A DNA stretch of 64,000 nucleotides, from NCBI GenBank assembly GCA_009914755.4, contig CP068257.2, positions 576,001-640,000 on the forward strand. The letters are read 5' to 3'. The position numbers and the translations under genes were made by a program. The notes below the pieces were generated by a model. The model saw only the letters and a program-made list of their open reading frames with translations, made no database searches and was not told the DNA's origin. This document shows, in pieces, positions 28,524-42,677 of this stretch; positions within the stretch are counted from its first letter, which is position 1, and each line of letters starts with the position of its first letter. The DNA is from the human T2T-CHM13v2.0 reference genome, Homo sapiens.

Positions 28524-30429
28524 CTCTTGGATCTGCCTATGGGGCATTGTGACAAATCTCTGCACTGATCACCCAGGTGATGTAACTGTTGTGTAACCTC
28601 TGCCTACAGGGGAATTGGGAGAAATCTCGCCACTGATCACCCAAGTGATGTAACCATTGTCTAGGCTTTGCTTACGGGGTGCTTTGTGACATACCTTTGC
28701 ACTGATCACCCAGGTGATGTAACACATCTAAGTTCGGCCTAAAGGAGCTTTGTGACATATCTCTGCACTCATCACTTAGGTGATGTAACACTTTTATAAG
28801 CACTGCCTTCAGGGAATTTTGACGAATGTCTGCACTGATCACCTAGGTGATGTAACTCTTGTCTACCCTCTGTCCAACGGTGCATTATGAAATATCTCTG
28901 CACTGATCACCCAGGTGATTCAACTCTTGACTAGGATCTGCCTACAGAGTTTATTGTGAAATATTTCTGCACTGATAAACTAAGTGGTGTAACCCTTGTC
29001 CAAGCTCTGCCTACAGGGGCGTTTTCACATATCCCTGAAGTGATGACAAAGGTGATGTAACTTTGCCTAGGCTTTGCCTACAGGGGACATTGGACATATA
29101 TCTGCACTGATCACCCAGGTGATGCAACTCTTGCCTAGGCTTTGCCTACAGGGGAAATTGTGACATATCTCTTCAATGATCACCCTTGTGATGCAACTCT
29201 TGCCTAGGCTTTGCCTACAGGGGACATTGTGACATATCTCTGCACTGATCTCCCAGGGGCTGTAACTTTAGTCTAGGCTCTGGCTACACGGCATTGTGAC
29301 ATATCACTGCACTGATCAACCAGGTGATATAACTCTTGTCTAGGCTCTGCCTCCAGGGGGCTTGTGACATATCTCTGCACTGATCACCCAGGTGATATTA
29401 CTCTCCTCTAGGATCTGCCTACAGGGTGCTTTGTGACATATCCCTGCACTGATCACCCAGGTGATCTAACACTGGTCTAAGCTCTGCCTAAAGGGGCATT
29501 TTGACAGATCTCTGCACTGATCGCTCAGGTGATGTAACTGTTGTCTAGGCTCTGCTTAAAGAGGCCTTGTCACATATCTCTGCACTGGTCACCCAGGTGA
29601 TGTAACTCTTGTCTAGGCTCTGCTTCCAGGGCATATTGTGACATATCTATGCACTGATCACCTTAGTGATGTAACCCTTGTGTAGGCTCGGCCTCCAGGG
29701 GAATCTTGACCTATCTCTGCACTGCTAACCGAGGTGATTTAACTCTTGTGTAGGCTGTGCCCACAGGGGGATTGAGACATATCTCTGCACTGATCCCGAA
29801 GTGATCCAACTCTTGCCTGGTCTCTGCCTACTAGGGACATTGTGACATATCTCTGCACTGATCACCCAGGTGATATAACTGTTCTCTAGGATCTGACCAC
29901 AGGGTGCTTTGTGACATATCCCTGCAATGATCACCCAGGTGTTATAACTGTTCTCTAGGATCTGACCACAGGGTGTTTTGTGACTTATCCCTGCAATGAT
30001 CACCCAGGTGATATACCACTTGCCAAGGCTCTGCCTACAGGGGAATTGCAATGTATCTCTGCACTGATCACCTAGGTCTTGTAACTCTTTTCTAGGATCT
30101 GCCTACAGGGTGCTTTGTGATGTATCCCAGCAAGGATTACTCAGGTGCTGTACCTCTCATCAAGGCTCTGCCTGCAGGCACATTGCGATGTATCTCTGCA
30201 CTGATCACCTAGCTCATGTAACTTTTGTCTACGCTCTGCCTACGATGGCATTGTGACATATCTCTGCACTAATCATCCAAATGATGTAACTCTTGTCTAG
30301 GATCTGCCTAAATTAACTTTGTGACATAACCCTGTAGTGATCATCCAGGTGATGGGGCTTTTGTCTAGGCTCTGCCTAAGGGGGCATTGTGACATATTTC
30401 TGCATTGATCACCCAGGTGGCGAACTCTT
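28524..30429. repeat. HOR copy 16 (28-mer, 1906 bp; 2-monomer deletion near 29860)
   Basis: Marker spacing 1906. At 29841-29880 the sequence ctgcactgatc joins directly to acccaggtgatataactgttc, skipping two monomers. Confidence 0.75.
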
Positions 30430-32471
30430 GTCTCGGATCTGCCTATGGGGGCATTGTGACAAATCTCTGCACTGATCACCCAGGTGATGTAACTGTTGTG
30501 TAACCTCTGCCTACAGGGGAATTGTGAGAGATCTCGCCACTGATCACCCAAGTGATGTATCCAGTGTCTAGGCTTTGCGTACAGGGTGCTTTGTGACATA
30601 CCTTTGCACTGATCACCCAGGTGATGTAACACATCTAAGTTCGGCCTAAAGGAGCTTTGTGACATATCTCTGCACTCATCACTTAGGTGATGTAACACTT
30701 TTATAAGCACTGCCTACAGGGAATTTTGACGAATCTCTGCACTGATCACCTAGGTGATGTAACTCTTGTCTACCTTCTGTCCAACGGGGCATTGTGAAAT
30801 ATCTCTGCACTGATCACCCAGGTGATTCAACTCTTGACTAGGATCTGCCTACAGAGGTTATTGTGAAATATCTCTGCACTGATAAACTAAATGGTGTAAA
30901 CCTTGTCCAAGCTCTGCCTACAGGGGCGTTTTCACATATCCCTGAAGTGATGACAAAGGTGATGTAACTTTGCCTAGGCTTTGCCTACAGGGGACATTGG
31001 ACATATATCTACACTGATCACCCAGGTGATGCAACTCTTGCCTAGGCTTTGCCTACAGGGGACATTGTGACATATCTCTTCAATGATCACCCATGTGATG
31101 CAACTCTTGCCTAGGCTTGGCCTACAGGGGACATTGTGTCATATCTCTGCACTGATCTCCCAGGGGCTGTAACTTTAGTCTAGGCTCTGGCTACACGGCA
31201 TTGTGACATATCACTGCACTGATCAACCAGGTGATATAACTCTTGTCTAAGCTCTGCCTCCAGGGGGCTTGTGACATATCTCTGCACTGATCACCCAGGT
31301 GATATAACTCTTCTCTAGGATCTGCCTACAGGGTGCTTTGTGACATATCCCTGCACTGATCACCCAGGTGATCTAACACTGGTCTAAGCTCTGCCTAAAG
31401 GGGCATTGTGACAGATCTCTGCACTGATCACTCAGGTGATGTAACTGTTGTCTAGGCTCTGCTTAAAGAGGCCTTGTTACATATCTCTGCACTGGTCACC
31501 CAGGTGATGTAACTCTTGTCTAGGCTCTGCTTCCAGGGCATATTGTGACATATCTATGCACTGATCACCTTAGTGATGTAACCCTTGTGTAGGCCCGGCC
31601 TACAGGGGAATCTTGACCTATCTCTGCACTGTTAACCGAGGTGATTTAACTCTTGTCTAGGCTGTGCCCACAGGGGGATTGAGACATATCTCTGCACTGA
31701 TCCCGAGGTGATCCAACTCTTGCCTGGTATCTGCCTACTAGGGACATTGTGACATATCTCTGCACTGATCTCCCAGGTGCTGTAACTTTAGTCTAGGCTC
31801 TGGCTACACGGCATTGTGACATATCTCTGCACTGATCACCCACGTGATGTAACTCTTGCCTAGGCTCTGCCTACAATGGTCGTGTGACATATCTCTGCAC
31901 TGATCACCCAGGTGATATAACTGTTCTCTAGGATCTGACCACAGGGTGCTTTGTGACATATCCCTGCAATGATCACCCAGGTGATATAACTGTTCTCTAG
32001 GATCTGAACACAGGGTGTTTTGTGACTTATCCCTGCAATGATCACCCAGGTGATATACCACTTGCCAAGGCTCTGCTTACAGGGGAATTGCAATGTATCT
32101 CTGCACTGATCACCTAGGTCTTGTAACTCTTTTGTAGGATCTGCCTACAGGGTGCTTTGTGACGTATCCCAGCAAGGAGTACTCAGGTGCTGTACCTCTC
32201 ATCAAGGTTCTGCCTGCAGGCACATTGCGATGTATCTCTGCACTGATCACCTAGGTCATGTAACTTTTGTGTACGCTCTGCCTACGATGGCATTGTGACA
32301 TATCTCTGCACTAATCATCCAAGTGATGTAACTCTTGTCTAGGATCTGCCTAAATTAACTTTGTGACATAACCCTGTAGTGATCATCCAGGTGATGGGGC
32401 TTTTGTCTAGGCTCTGCCTAAGGGGGCATTGTGACATATTTCTGCATTGATCACCCAGGTGGCGAACTCTT
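30430..32471. repeat. HOR copy 17 (30-mer, 2042 bp)
   Basis: Marker spacing. Confidence 0.8.
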
Positions 32472-34922
32472 CTCTCGGATCTGCATATGGGGTCATTGTG
32501 ACAAATCTCTGCACTGATCACCCAGGTGATGTAACTGTTGTGTAACCTCTGCCTACAGGGGAATTGTGAGAGATCTCGCCACTGATCACTCAAGTGATGT
32601 AACCATTGTCTAGGCTTTGCTTACAGGGTGCTTTGTGACATACCTTTGCACTGATCACCCAGGTGATGTAACACATCTAAGTTCGGCCTAAAGGAGCTTT
32701 GTGACATATCTCTGCACTCATCACTTAGGTGATGTAACACTTTTATAAGCACTGCCTACAGGGAATTTTGACGAATCTCTGCACTGATCACCTAGGTGAT
32801 GTAACTCTTGTCTACCCTCTGTCCAACGGGGCATTGTGAAATATCTCTGCACTGATCACCCAGGTGATTCAACTCTTGACTAGGATCTGCCTACAGAGGT
32901 TATTGTGACATATTTCTGCACTGATAAACTAAGTGGTGTAACCCTTGTCCAAGCTCTGCCTACAGGGGCGTTTTCACATATCACTGAAGTGATGACAAAG
33001 GTGATGTAACTCTTGCCTAGGCTTTGCCTACAGGGGACATTGGACATATATCTGCACTGCTCACCCAGGTGATGCAACTCTTGCCTAGGCTTTGCCTACA
33101 GGGGACATTGTGACATATCTCTTCAATGATCACCCATGTGATGCAACTCTTGCCTAGGCTTTGCCTACAGGGGACATTGTGACATATCTCTGCACTGATC
33201 ACTTAGGTGATGTAACACTTTTATAAGCACTGCCTACAGGGAATTTTGACGAATCTCTGCACTGATCACCTAGGTGATGTAACTCTTGTCTACCCTCTGT
33301 CCAACGGGGCATTGTGAAATATCTCGGCACTGATCACCCAGGTGATTCAACTCTTGACTAGGATCTGCCTACAGAGTTTATTGTGAAATATCTCTGCACT
33401 TATAAACTAAGTGGTGTAACCCTTATCCTAGCTCTGCCTACAGGGGCGTTTTCACATATCCCTGAAGTGATGACAAAGGTGATGTAAATTTGCCTAGGCT
33501 TTGCCTACAGGGGACATTGGACATATATCTGCACTGATCACCCAGGTGATGCAACTCTTGCCTAGGCTTTGCCTACAGGGGACATTGTGACATATCTCTT
33601 CAATGATCACCCATGTGATGCAACTCTTGCCTAGGCTTTGCCTAGAGGGGACATTGTGACATATCTCTGCACTGACCTCCCAGGGGCTGTAACTTTAGTC
33701 TAGGCTCTGGCTACACGGCATTGTGACATATCACTGCACTGATCAACCAGGTGATATAACTCTTTTCTAGGCTCTGCCTCCAGGGGGCTTGTGACATAAC
33801 ACTGCACTGATCACCCAGGTGATATAACTCTTCTCTAGGATCTGCCTACAGGGTGCTTTGTGACATATCACTGCACTGATCACCCAGGTGATCTAACACT
33901 GGTCTAAGCTCTGCCTAAAGGGGCATTGTGACAGATCTCTGCACTGATCACTCAGGTGATGTAACTGTTGTCTGGGCTCTGCGTAAAGAGGCCTTGTCAC
34001 ATATCTCTGCACTGGTCACCCAGGTGATGTAACTCTTGTCTAGGCTCTGCTTCCAGGGCATATTGTGACAAATCTATGCACTGATCACCTTAGTGATGTA
34101 ACCCTTGTGTAGGCTCGGCCTACAGGGGAATCTTGACCTATCTCTACACTGTTAACCGAGGTGATTTAACTCTTGTCTAGGCAGTGCGGACAGGGGGATT
34201 GAGACATATCTCTGCACTGATCCCGAAGTGATCCAACTCTTGCCTGGTCTCTGCCTACTAGGGACATTGTGACATAACTCTGCACTGATCTCCCAGGTGC
34301 TGTAACTTTAGTCTAGGCTCTGGCTACACGGCATTGTGACATATCTCTGCACTGATCACCCACGTGATGTAACTCTTGCCTAGGCTCTGCCTACAATGGT
34401 CTTGTGACATATCTCTGCACTGATCACCCAGGTGATATAACTGTTCTCTAGGATCTGACCACAGGGTGTTTTGTGACTTATCCCTGCAATGATGACCCAG
34501 GTGATATACCATTTGCCAAGGCTCTGCCTACAGGGGCATTGTAATGTATCTCTGCACTGATCACCTAGGTCTTGTAACTCTTTTCTAGGATCTGCCCACA
34601 GGGTGCCTTGTGACGTATCCCAGCAAGGATTACCCAGGTGATGTACCTCTCATCAAGGCTCTGCCTACAGGCACATTGCGATGTCTCTCTGCACTGATCA
34701 CCTAGGTCATGTAACTTTTGTCTAGGCTCTGCCTACGATGGCATTGTGACATATCTCTGCACTAATCATCCAAGTGATGTAACCATTGTCTAGGATCTGC
34801 CTAAATTAACTTTGTGACATAACCCTGTACTGCTCATCCAGGTGATGGGGCTTTTGTCTAGGCTCTGCCTGAGGGGGCATTGTGACATATTTCTGCATTG
34901 ATCACCCAGGTGGCGAACTCTT
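32472..34922. repeat. HOR copy 18 (36-mer, 2451 bp): transition copy with a 479-bp internal duplication and an A/B mosaic
   Basis: Marker spacing 2451. Block 32702-33180 recurs at 33181-33659. A-type variants persist up to about 34.3 kb. B-type variants (gtgatgtacctc, gcccacagggtgccttgtg, single gaccacaggg monomer) appear from about 34.45 kb. Confidence 0.75.
32702..33659. repeat. 479-bp direct internal duplication (about 7 monomers) inside HOR copy 18
   Basis: gacatatctctgcactcatcacttaggtgatgtaacacttttataagcactgcc... at 32702 recurs at 33181. The first copy ends by joining to acttaggtga at 33200, indicating unequal exchange between homologous monomer segments. Confidence 0.8.
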
Positions 34923-36825
34923 CTCTTGGATCTGCCTATGGGGGCATTGTGACAAATCTCTGCACTGATCACCCAGGTGATGTAACTGTTGTGTAACCTC
35001 TGCCTACAGGGGAATTGTGAGAGATCTCGCCACTGATCACCCAAGTGATGTAACCATTGTCTAGGCTTTGCGTACAGGGGGCTTTGTGACATACCTTTGC
35101 ACTGATCACCCAGGTGATGTAACACATGTAAGTTCGGCCTAAAGGAGCTTTGTGACATATCTCTGCACTGATCACTTGGGTGATGGAACACTTTTATAAG
35201 CATTGCCTACAGGGAATTTTGGCAAATCTCTGCACTGGTCACCTAGGTGATGTAACGCTTGTCTACCCTCTGTCCAACGGGGCATTGTGAAATATCTCTG
35301 CACTGATAACCCAGGTGATTCAACTCTTGACTAGGATCTGCCTACAGAGGTTATTGTGAAATATCTCTGCACTGATAAACTAGGTGGTGTAATCCTTATC
35401 GAAGCTCTGTGTACAGGGGCGTTTTCACATATCCCTGAAGTGATGACAAAGGTGATGTAACTCTTGCCTAGGCTTTGCCTACAGGAGACATAGGACATAT
35501 ATCTGCACTGATCACCCAGGTGATGCAACTCTAGCCTAGGCTTTGCCTACAGGGGACATTGTGACATATCTCCGCTGATCTCCCAGGTGTTGTAACATTA
35601 GTCTAGACCCTGGCTGCACGGCATTGTGACATATCACTGCACTGATCAACCAGGTGATATAACTCTTGTCTAGGCTATGCCTACAGGGGGCTTGTGACAT
35701 ATCTCTGCACTGATCACCCAGGTGATATAACTCTTCTCTAGGATCTGCCTACAGGGTGCTTTGTGACATATCCCTGCAATGATCACCCAGGTGATCTAAC
35801 ACTTGTTTAAGCTCTGCCTAAAGGCGCATTGTGACAGATCTCTGCACTGATCACTCAGGTGATGTAACTATTGCCTAGGCTCTGCTTAAAGGGGCCTTGT
35901 CACATATCTCTGCAATGATCACCCAGGTGATGTAACTCTTGTCTAGCCTCTGCTTTCACGGCATATTGTGACATATCTAGGCGCTGATCACCTTAGTGAT
36001 GTAACACTTGTGTAGGCTCGGCCTACAGGGGAATATTGACAAATCTCTGCACTGTTAAACGAGGTGATTTAACTCTTGTCTAGGCTGTGCCCACAGGGGG
36101 ATTGAGACATATCTCTGCACTGATCCCGAGGTGATCCAACTGTTGCCTGGTCTCTGCCTACTGGGGACATTGTGACATATCTCTGCACTGATCTCCCAGG
36201 TGCTGTAACTTTAGTCTAGGCTCTGGCTACACGGAATTGTGACATATCACTGCACTGATCACCCAGGTGATATAAATCTTGTCTAGGCTCTGCCTACAAT
36301 GGCCTAGTGACATATCTCTGCACTGATCACCCAGGTGATATAACTCTTCTCTAGGATCTGACCACAGGGTGCTTTGTGGCATTTCCCTGCAATGATCACC
36401 CAGGTGATATACCACTTACCAAGGCTCTGCCTACAGGGGCATTGCAATGTATCTCTGCACTGATCACCTCGGTCTTGTAACTCTTTTATAGGATCTGCCC
36501 ACAGGGTGCCTTGTGACGTATCCCAGCAAGGATTACCCAGGTGATGTACCTCTCATCAAGGCTCTGCCTACAGGCACATTGCGATGTATCTCTGCACTGA
36601 TCACCTAGGTCATGTAACTTTTGTCTAGGCTCTGCCTACGATGGCATTGTGACATATCTCTGCACTAATCATCCAAGTGATGTAACCCTTGTCTAGGATC
36701 TGCCTAAAGTAACTTTGTGACATAACCCTGTACTGATCATCCAGGTGATGGGGCTTTTGTCTAGGCTCTGCCTAAGGGGGCATTGTGACATATTTCTGCA
36801 TTGATCACCCAGGTGGCGAACTCTT
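34923..36825. repeat. HOR copy 19 (B-prime 28-mer, 1903 bp)
   Basis: Marker spacing. The junction gacatatctccgctgatctcccagg at about 35570 shows one monomer lost plus a 2-bp deletion. Confidence 0.75.
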
Positions 36826-38730
36826 CTCTTGGATCTGCCTATGGGGGCATTGTGACAAATCTCTGCACTGATCACCCAGGTGATGTAACTGTTGTGTAAC
36901 CTCTGCCTACAGGAGAATTGTGAGAGATCTCGCCACTGATCACCCAAGTGATGTAACCATTGTCTAGCCTTTGCGTACAGAGGGCTTTGTGACATACCTT
37001 TGCACTGATCACCCAGGTGATGTAACACATCTAAGTTCGGCCTAAAGGAGCTTTGTGACATATCTCTGCACTGATCACTTAGGTGATGTAACACTTTTAT
37101 AAGCACTGCCTACAGGGAATTTTGACAAATCTCTGCACTGGTCACCTAGGTGATGTAACGCTTGTCTACTCTCTGTCCAACGGGGCATTGTGAAATATCT
37201 CTGCACTGATCACCCAGGTGATTCAACTCTTGACTAAGATCTGCCTACAGAGGTTATTGTGAAATATCTCTGCACTGATAAACTAGGTGGTGTAATCCTT
37301 ATCGAAGCTCTGCCTACAGGGGCGTTTTCACATATCCCTGAAGTGATGACAAAGGTGATGTAACTGTTGCCTATGCTTTGCCTACAGGGGACATAGGACA
37401 TATATCTGCACTGATCACCCAGGTGATGCAACTCTAGCCTAGGCTTTGCCTACAGGGGACATTGTGACATATCTCTGCACTGATCTCCCAGGTGCTGTAA
37501 CATTAGTCTAGACCCTGGTTGCACGGCATTGTGACATATCACTGCACTGATCAACCAGGTGATATAACTCTTCTCTAGGCTCTGCCTACAGGGGGCTTGT
37601 GACATATTTCTGCACTGATCACCCAGGTGATATAACTCTTCTCTAGGATCTGCCTACAGGGTGCTTTGTGACATATCCCTGCAATGATCACCCAGGTGAT
37701 CTAACACTTGTTTAAGCTCTGCCTAAAGGGGCATTGTGACAGATCTCTGCACTGATCACTCAGGTGATGTAACTATTGTCTAGGCTCTGCTTAAAGGGGC
37801 CTTGTCACATATCTCTGCACTGATCACCCAGGTGATGTAACTCTTGTCTAGCCTCTGCTTTCACGGCATATTGTGACATATCTAGGCGCTGATCACCTTA
37901 GTGATGTAACACTTGTGTAGGCTCGGCCTACAGGGGAATATTGACAAATCTCTGCACTGTTAAACGAGGTGATTTAACTCTTGTCTAGGCTGTGCCCACA
38001 GGGGGATTGAGACATATCTCTGCACTGATCCCGAGGTGATCCAACTGTTGCCTGGTCTCTGCCTACTGGGGACATTGTGACATATCTCTGCACTGATCTC
38101 CCAGGTGCTGTAACTTTAGTCTAGGCTCTGGCTACACGGCATTGTGACATATCACTGCACTGATCACCCAAGTGATATAAATCTTGTCTAGGTTCTGCCT
38201 ACAATGGCCTTGTGACATATCTCTGCACTGATCACCCAGGTGATATAACTCTTCTCTAGGATCTGACCACAGGGTGCTTTGTGGCATTTCCCTGCAATGA
38301 TCACCCAGGTGATATACCACTTGCCAAGGCTCTGCCTACAGGGGCATTGCAATGTATCTCTGTACTGATCACCTCGGTCTTGTAACTCTTTTCTAGGATC
38401 TGCCCACAGGGTGCCTTGTGACGTATCCCAGCAAGGATTACCCAGGTGATGTACCTCTCATCAAGGCTCTGCCTACAGGCACATTGCGATGTATCTCTGC
38501 ACTGTTCACCTAGGTCATGTAACTTTTGTCTAGGCTCTGCCTACGATGGCATTGTGACATATCTCTGCACTAATCATCCAAGAGATGTAACCCTTGTCTA
38601 GGATCTGCCTAAATTAACTTTGTGACATAATCCTGTACTGATCATCCAGGTGATGGGGCTTTTGTCTAGGCTCTGCCTAAGGGGGCATTGTGACATATTT
38701 CTGCATTGATCACCCAGGTGGCGAACTCTT
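36826..38730. repeat. HOR copy 20 (B-prime 28-mer, 1905 bp)
   Basis: Marker spacing. Confidence 0.75.
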
Positions 38731-40704
38731 CTCTTGGATCTGACTATGGGGGCATTGTGACAAATCTCTGCACTGATCACCCAGGTGATGTAACTGTTGT
38801 GTAACCTCTGCCTACAGGAGAATTGTGAGAGATCTCGCCACTGATCACCCAAGTGATGTAACCATTGTCTAGCCTTTGCGTACAGAGGGCTTTGTGACAT
38901 ACCTTTGCACTGATCACCCAGGTGATGTAACACATCTAAGTTCGGCCTAAAGGAGCTTTGTGACATATCTCTGCACTGATCACTTAGGTGATGTAACACT
39001 TTTATAAGCACTGCCTACAGGGAATTTTGACAAATCTCTGCACTGGTCACCTAGGTGATGTAACGCTTGTCTACCCTCTGTCCAACGGGGCATTGTGAAA
39101 TATCTCTGCACTGATCACCCAGGTGATTCAACTCTTGACTAGGATCTGCCTACAGAGGTTATTGTGAAATATCTCTGCACTGATAAACTAGGTGGTGTAA
39201 TCCTTATCGAAGCTCTGCCTACAGGGGCGTTTTCACATATCCCTGAAGTGATGACAAAGGTGATGTAACTCTTGTCTAGGCTTTGCCTACAGGGGACATA
39301 GGACATATATCTGCACTGATCACCCAGGTGATGCAACTCTAGCCTAGGCTTTGCCTACAGGGGACATTGTGACATATCGCTTCAATGATCACCCATGTGA
39401 TGCAACACTTGCCTTGGCTTTGCCTACAGGGGACATTGTGACATATCTCTGCACTGATCTCCCAGGTGCTGTAACATTAGTCTAGACTCTGGCTACACGG
39501 CATTGTGACACATCACTGCACTGATCAACCAGGTGATATAACTCTTGTCTAGGACCTGCCTACAGGGGGCTTGTGACATATCTTTGCACTGATCACCCAG
39601 GTGATATAACTCTTCTCTAGGATCTGCCTACAGGGTGCTTTGTGACATATCCCTGCAATGATCACCCAGGTGATCTAACTCTTGTTTAAGCTCTGCCTAA
39701 AGGGGCATTGTGACAGATCTCTGCACTGATCACTCAGGTGATGTAACTGTTGTCTAGGCTCTGCTTAAAGGGGCCTTGTCACATACCTCTGCACTGATCA
39801 CCCAGGTGATGTAACTCTTGTCTAGCCTCTGCTTTCACGGCATATTGTGACATATCTATGCGCTGGTCACCTTTGTGATGTAACACTTGTGTAGGCTCGG
39901 CCTTCAGGGGAATATTGACATATCTCTGCCCTGTTAACCGAGGTGATTTAACTCTTGTCTAGGCTGTGCCCACAGGGGGATTGAGACATATCTCTGCACT
40001 GATCCCGAGGTGATCCAACTGTTGCCTGGTCTCTGCCTACTGGGGACATTGTGACATATCTCTGCACTGATCTCTCAGGTGCTGTAACTTTAGTCTAGGC
40101 TCTGGCTACACGGCATTGTGACATATCACTGCACTGATCACCCAGGTGATATAAATCTTGTCTAGGCTCTGCCTACAATGGCCTTGTGACGTATCTCTGC
40201 ACTGATCACCCAGGTGATATAACTCTTCTCTAGGATCTGACCACAGGGTGCTTTGTGGCATTTCCCTGCAATGATCACCCAGGTGATATACCACATGCCA
40301 AGGCTCTGCCTACAGGGGCATTGCAATGTATCTCTGCACTGATCACCTCGGTCTTGTAACTCTTTTCTAGGATCTGCCCACAGGGTGCCTTGTGACGTAT
40401 CCCAGCAAGGATTACCCAGGTGATGTACCTCTCATCAAGGCTCTGCCTACAGGCACATTGCGATGTCTCTCTGCACTGATCACCTAGGTCATGCAACTTT
40501 TGTCTAGGCTCTGCCTACGATGGCATTGTGACATATCTCTGCACTAATCATCCAAGTGATGTAACCCTTGTCTAGGATCTGCCTAAATTAACTTTGTGAC
40601 ATAACCCTGTACTGATCATCCAGGTGATGGGGCTTTTGTCTAGGCTCTGCCTAAGGGGGCATTGTGACATATTTCTGCATTGATCACCCTGGTGGCGAAC
40701 TCTT
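38731..40704. repeat. HOR copy 21 (B 29-mer, 1974 bp)
   Basis: Marker spacing. Confidence 0.8.
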
Positions 40705-42677
40705 CTCTTGGATCTGCCTATTGGGGCATTGTGACAAATATCTGCACTGATCACCCAGGTGATGTAACTGTTGTGTAACCTCTTCCTACAGGGGAATTGT
40801 GAGAGATCTCGCCACTGATCACCCAAGTGATGTAACCATTGTCTAGCCTTTGCGTACAGAGGGCTTTGTGACATACCTTTGCACTGATCACCCAGGTGAT
40901 GTAACACATCTAAGTTCGGCCTAAAGGAGCTTTGTGACATATCTCTGCACTGATCACTTAGGTGATGGAACACTTTTATAAGCACTGCCTACAGGGAATT
41001 TTGACAAATCTCTGCACTGATCACCTAGGTGATGTAACGCTTGTCTACCCTCTGTCCAACGGGGCATTGTGAAATATCTCTGCACTGATCACCGAGGTGA
41101 TTCAACTCTTGACTAGGATTGCCTACAGAGGTTATTGTGAAATATCTCTGCACTGATAAACTAGGTGGTGTAATCCTTATCGAAGCTCTGCCTACGGGGG
41201 CGTTTTCACATATCCCTGAAGTGATGACAAAGGTGATGTAACTCTTGCCTAGGCTTTGACTACAGGGGACATACGACATATATCTGCACTGATCACACAG
41301 GTGATGCAACTCTAGCCTAGGCTTTGCCTACAGGGGACATTGTGACATATCGCTTCAATGATCACCCATGTGATGCAACTCTTGCCTTGGCTTTGCCTAC
41401 AGGGGACATTGTGACATATCTCTGCACTGATCTCCCAGGTGCTGTAACATTAGTCTAGACTCTGGCTACACGGCATTGTGACATATCACTGCACTGATCA
41501 ACCAGGTGATATAACTCTTGTCTAGGCCCTGCCTACAGGGGGCTTGTGACATATCACTGCACTGATCATCCTGGTGATATAACTCTTCTCTAGGATCTGC
41601 CTACAGGGTGCATTGTGACATATCACTGCAATGATCACTCAGGTGATCTAACTCTTATTTAAGCTCTGCCTAAAGGGGCATTGTGACAGATCTCTGCACT
41701 GATCACTCAGGTGATGTAACTATTGTCTAGGCTCTGCTTAAAGGGGCCTTGTCACATACCTCTGCACTGATCACCCAGGTGATGTAACTCTTGTCTAGCC
41801 TCTGCTTTCACGGCATATTGTGACATATCTATGCGCTGATCACCTTAGTGATGTAACACTTGTGTAGGCTCGGCCTTCAAGGGAATATTGACATATCTCT
41901 GCACTGTTAACCGAGGTGATTTAACTCTTGTCTAGGCTGTGCCCACAGGGGGATTGAGACATATGTCTGCACTGATCCCGAGATGATCCAACTGTTGCCT
42001 GGTCTCTGCCTACTGGGGACATTGTGTCATATCTCTGCACTGATCTCCCAGGTGTTGTAACTTTAGTCTAGGCTCTGGCTACAAGGCATTGTGACATATC
42101 ACTGCACTGATCACCCAGGTGATATAAATCTTCTCTAGGCTCTGCCTACAATGGCCTTGTGACATATCTCTGCCCTGATCACCCAGGTGATATAACTCTT
42201 CTCTAGGATCTGACCACAGGGTGCTTTGTGGCATTTCCCTACAATGATCACCCAGGTGATATAACACTTGCCAGGGCTCTGCCTACAGGGGCAATGCAAT
42301 GTATCTCTGCACTGATCACCTTGGTCTTGTAACTCGTTTCTAGGATCTGCCCACAGGGTGCCTTGTGACGTATCCCAGCAAGGATTACCCAGGTGATGTA
42401 CCTCTCATCAAGGCTCTGCCTACAGGCACATTGCGATGTATCTCTGCACTGATCACCTAGGTCATGTAACTTTTGTCTACGCTCTGCCTACGATGGCATT
42501 GTGACATATCTCTGCACTAATCATCCAAGTGATGTAACCCTTGTGTACGATCTGCCTAAATTAACTTTGTGACATAACCCTGTACTGATCATCCAGGTGA
42601 TGGGGTTTTTGTCTAGGCTCTGCCTAAGGGGGCATTGTGACATATTTCTGCATTGATCACCCAGGTGGCGAACTCTT
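40705..42677. repeat. HOR copy 22 (B 29-mer, 1973 bp)
   Basis: Marker spacing. Confidence 0.8.

Larger units (their letters stand above)
1..34450. repeat. HOR domain A: 30-monomer higher-order repeat (~2042 bp) and its deletion derivatives
   Basis: The diagnostic marker ctcttggatctgcc recurs at 5, 2046, 3544, 5043, 6746, 8788, 10830, 12872, 14914, 16956, 18998, 20971, 23013, 25055, 27095, 28524, 30430 and 32472. The 2042-bp spacing dominates. A-type variants include actaagtggtgtaacccttgtccaagc, gatgtaactcttgtctaccc and cacccacgtgatgtaactcttgcc. Confidence 0.85.
34451..38730. repeat. HOR domain B-prime: transitional 28-monomer HOR (~1904 bp)
   Basis: Markers at 34923, 36826 and 38731 give spacings of 1903 and 1905 bp. 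It carries B-type variants (actaggtggtgtaatccttatcgaagc, gatgtaacgcttgtctaccc) and intermediate ones (ctaacacttgtttaagc). Relative to domain B it lacks the cttcaatgatcacccatgtgatgcaac monomer. Confidence 0.75.
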
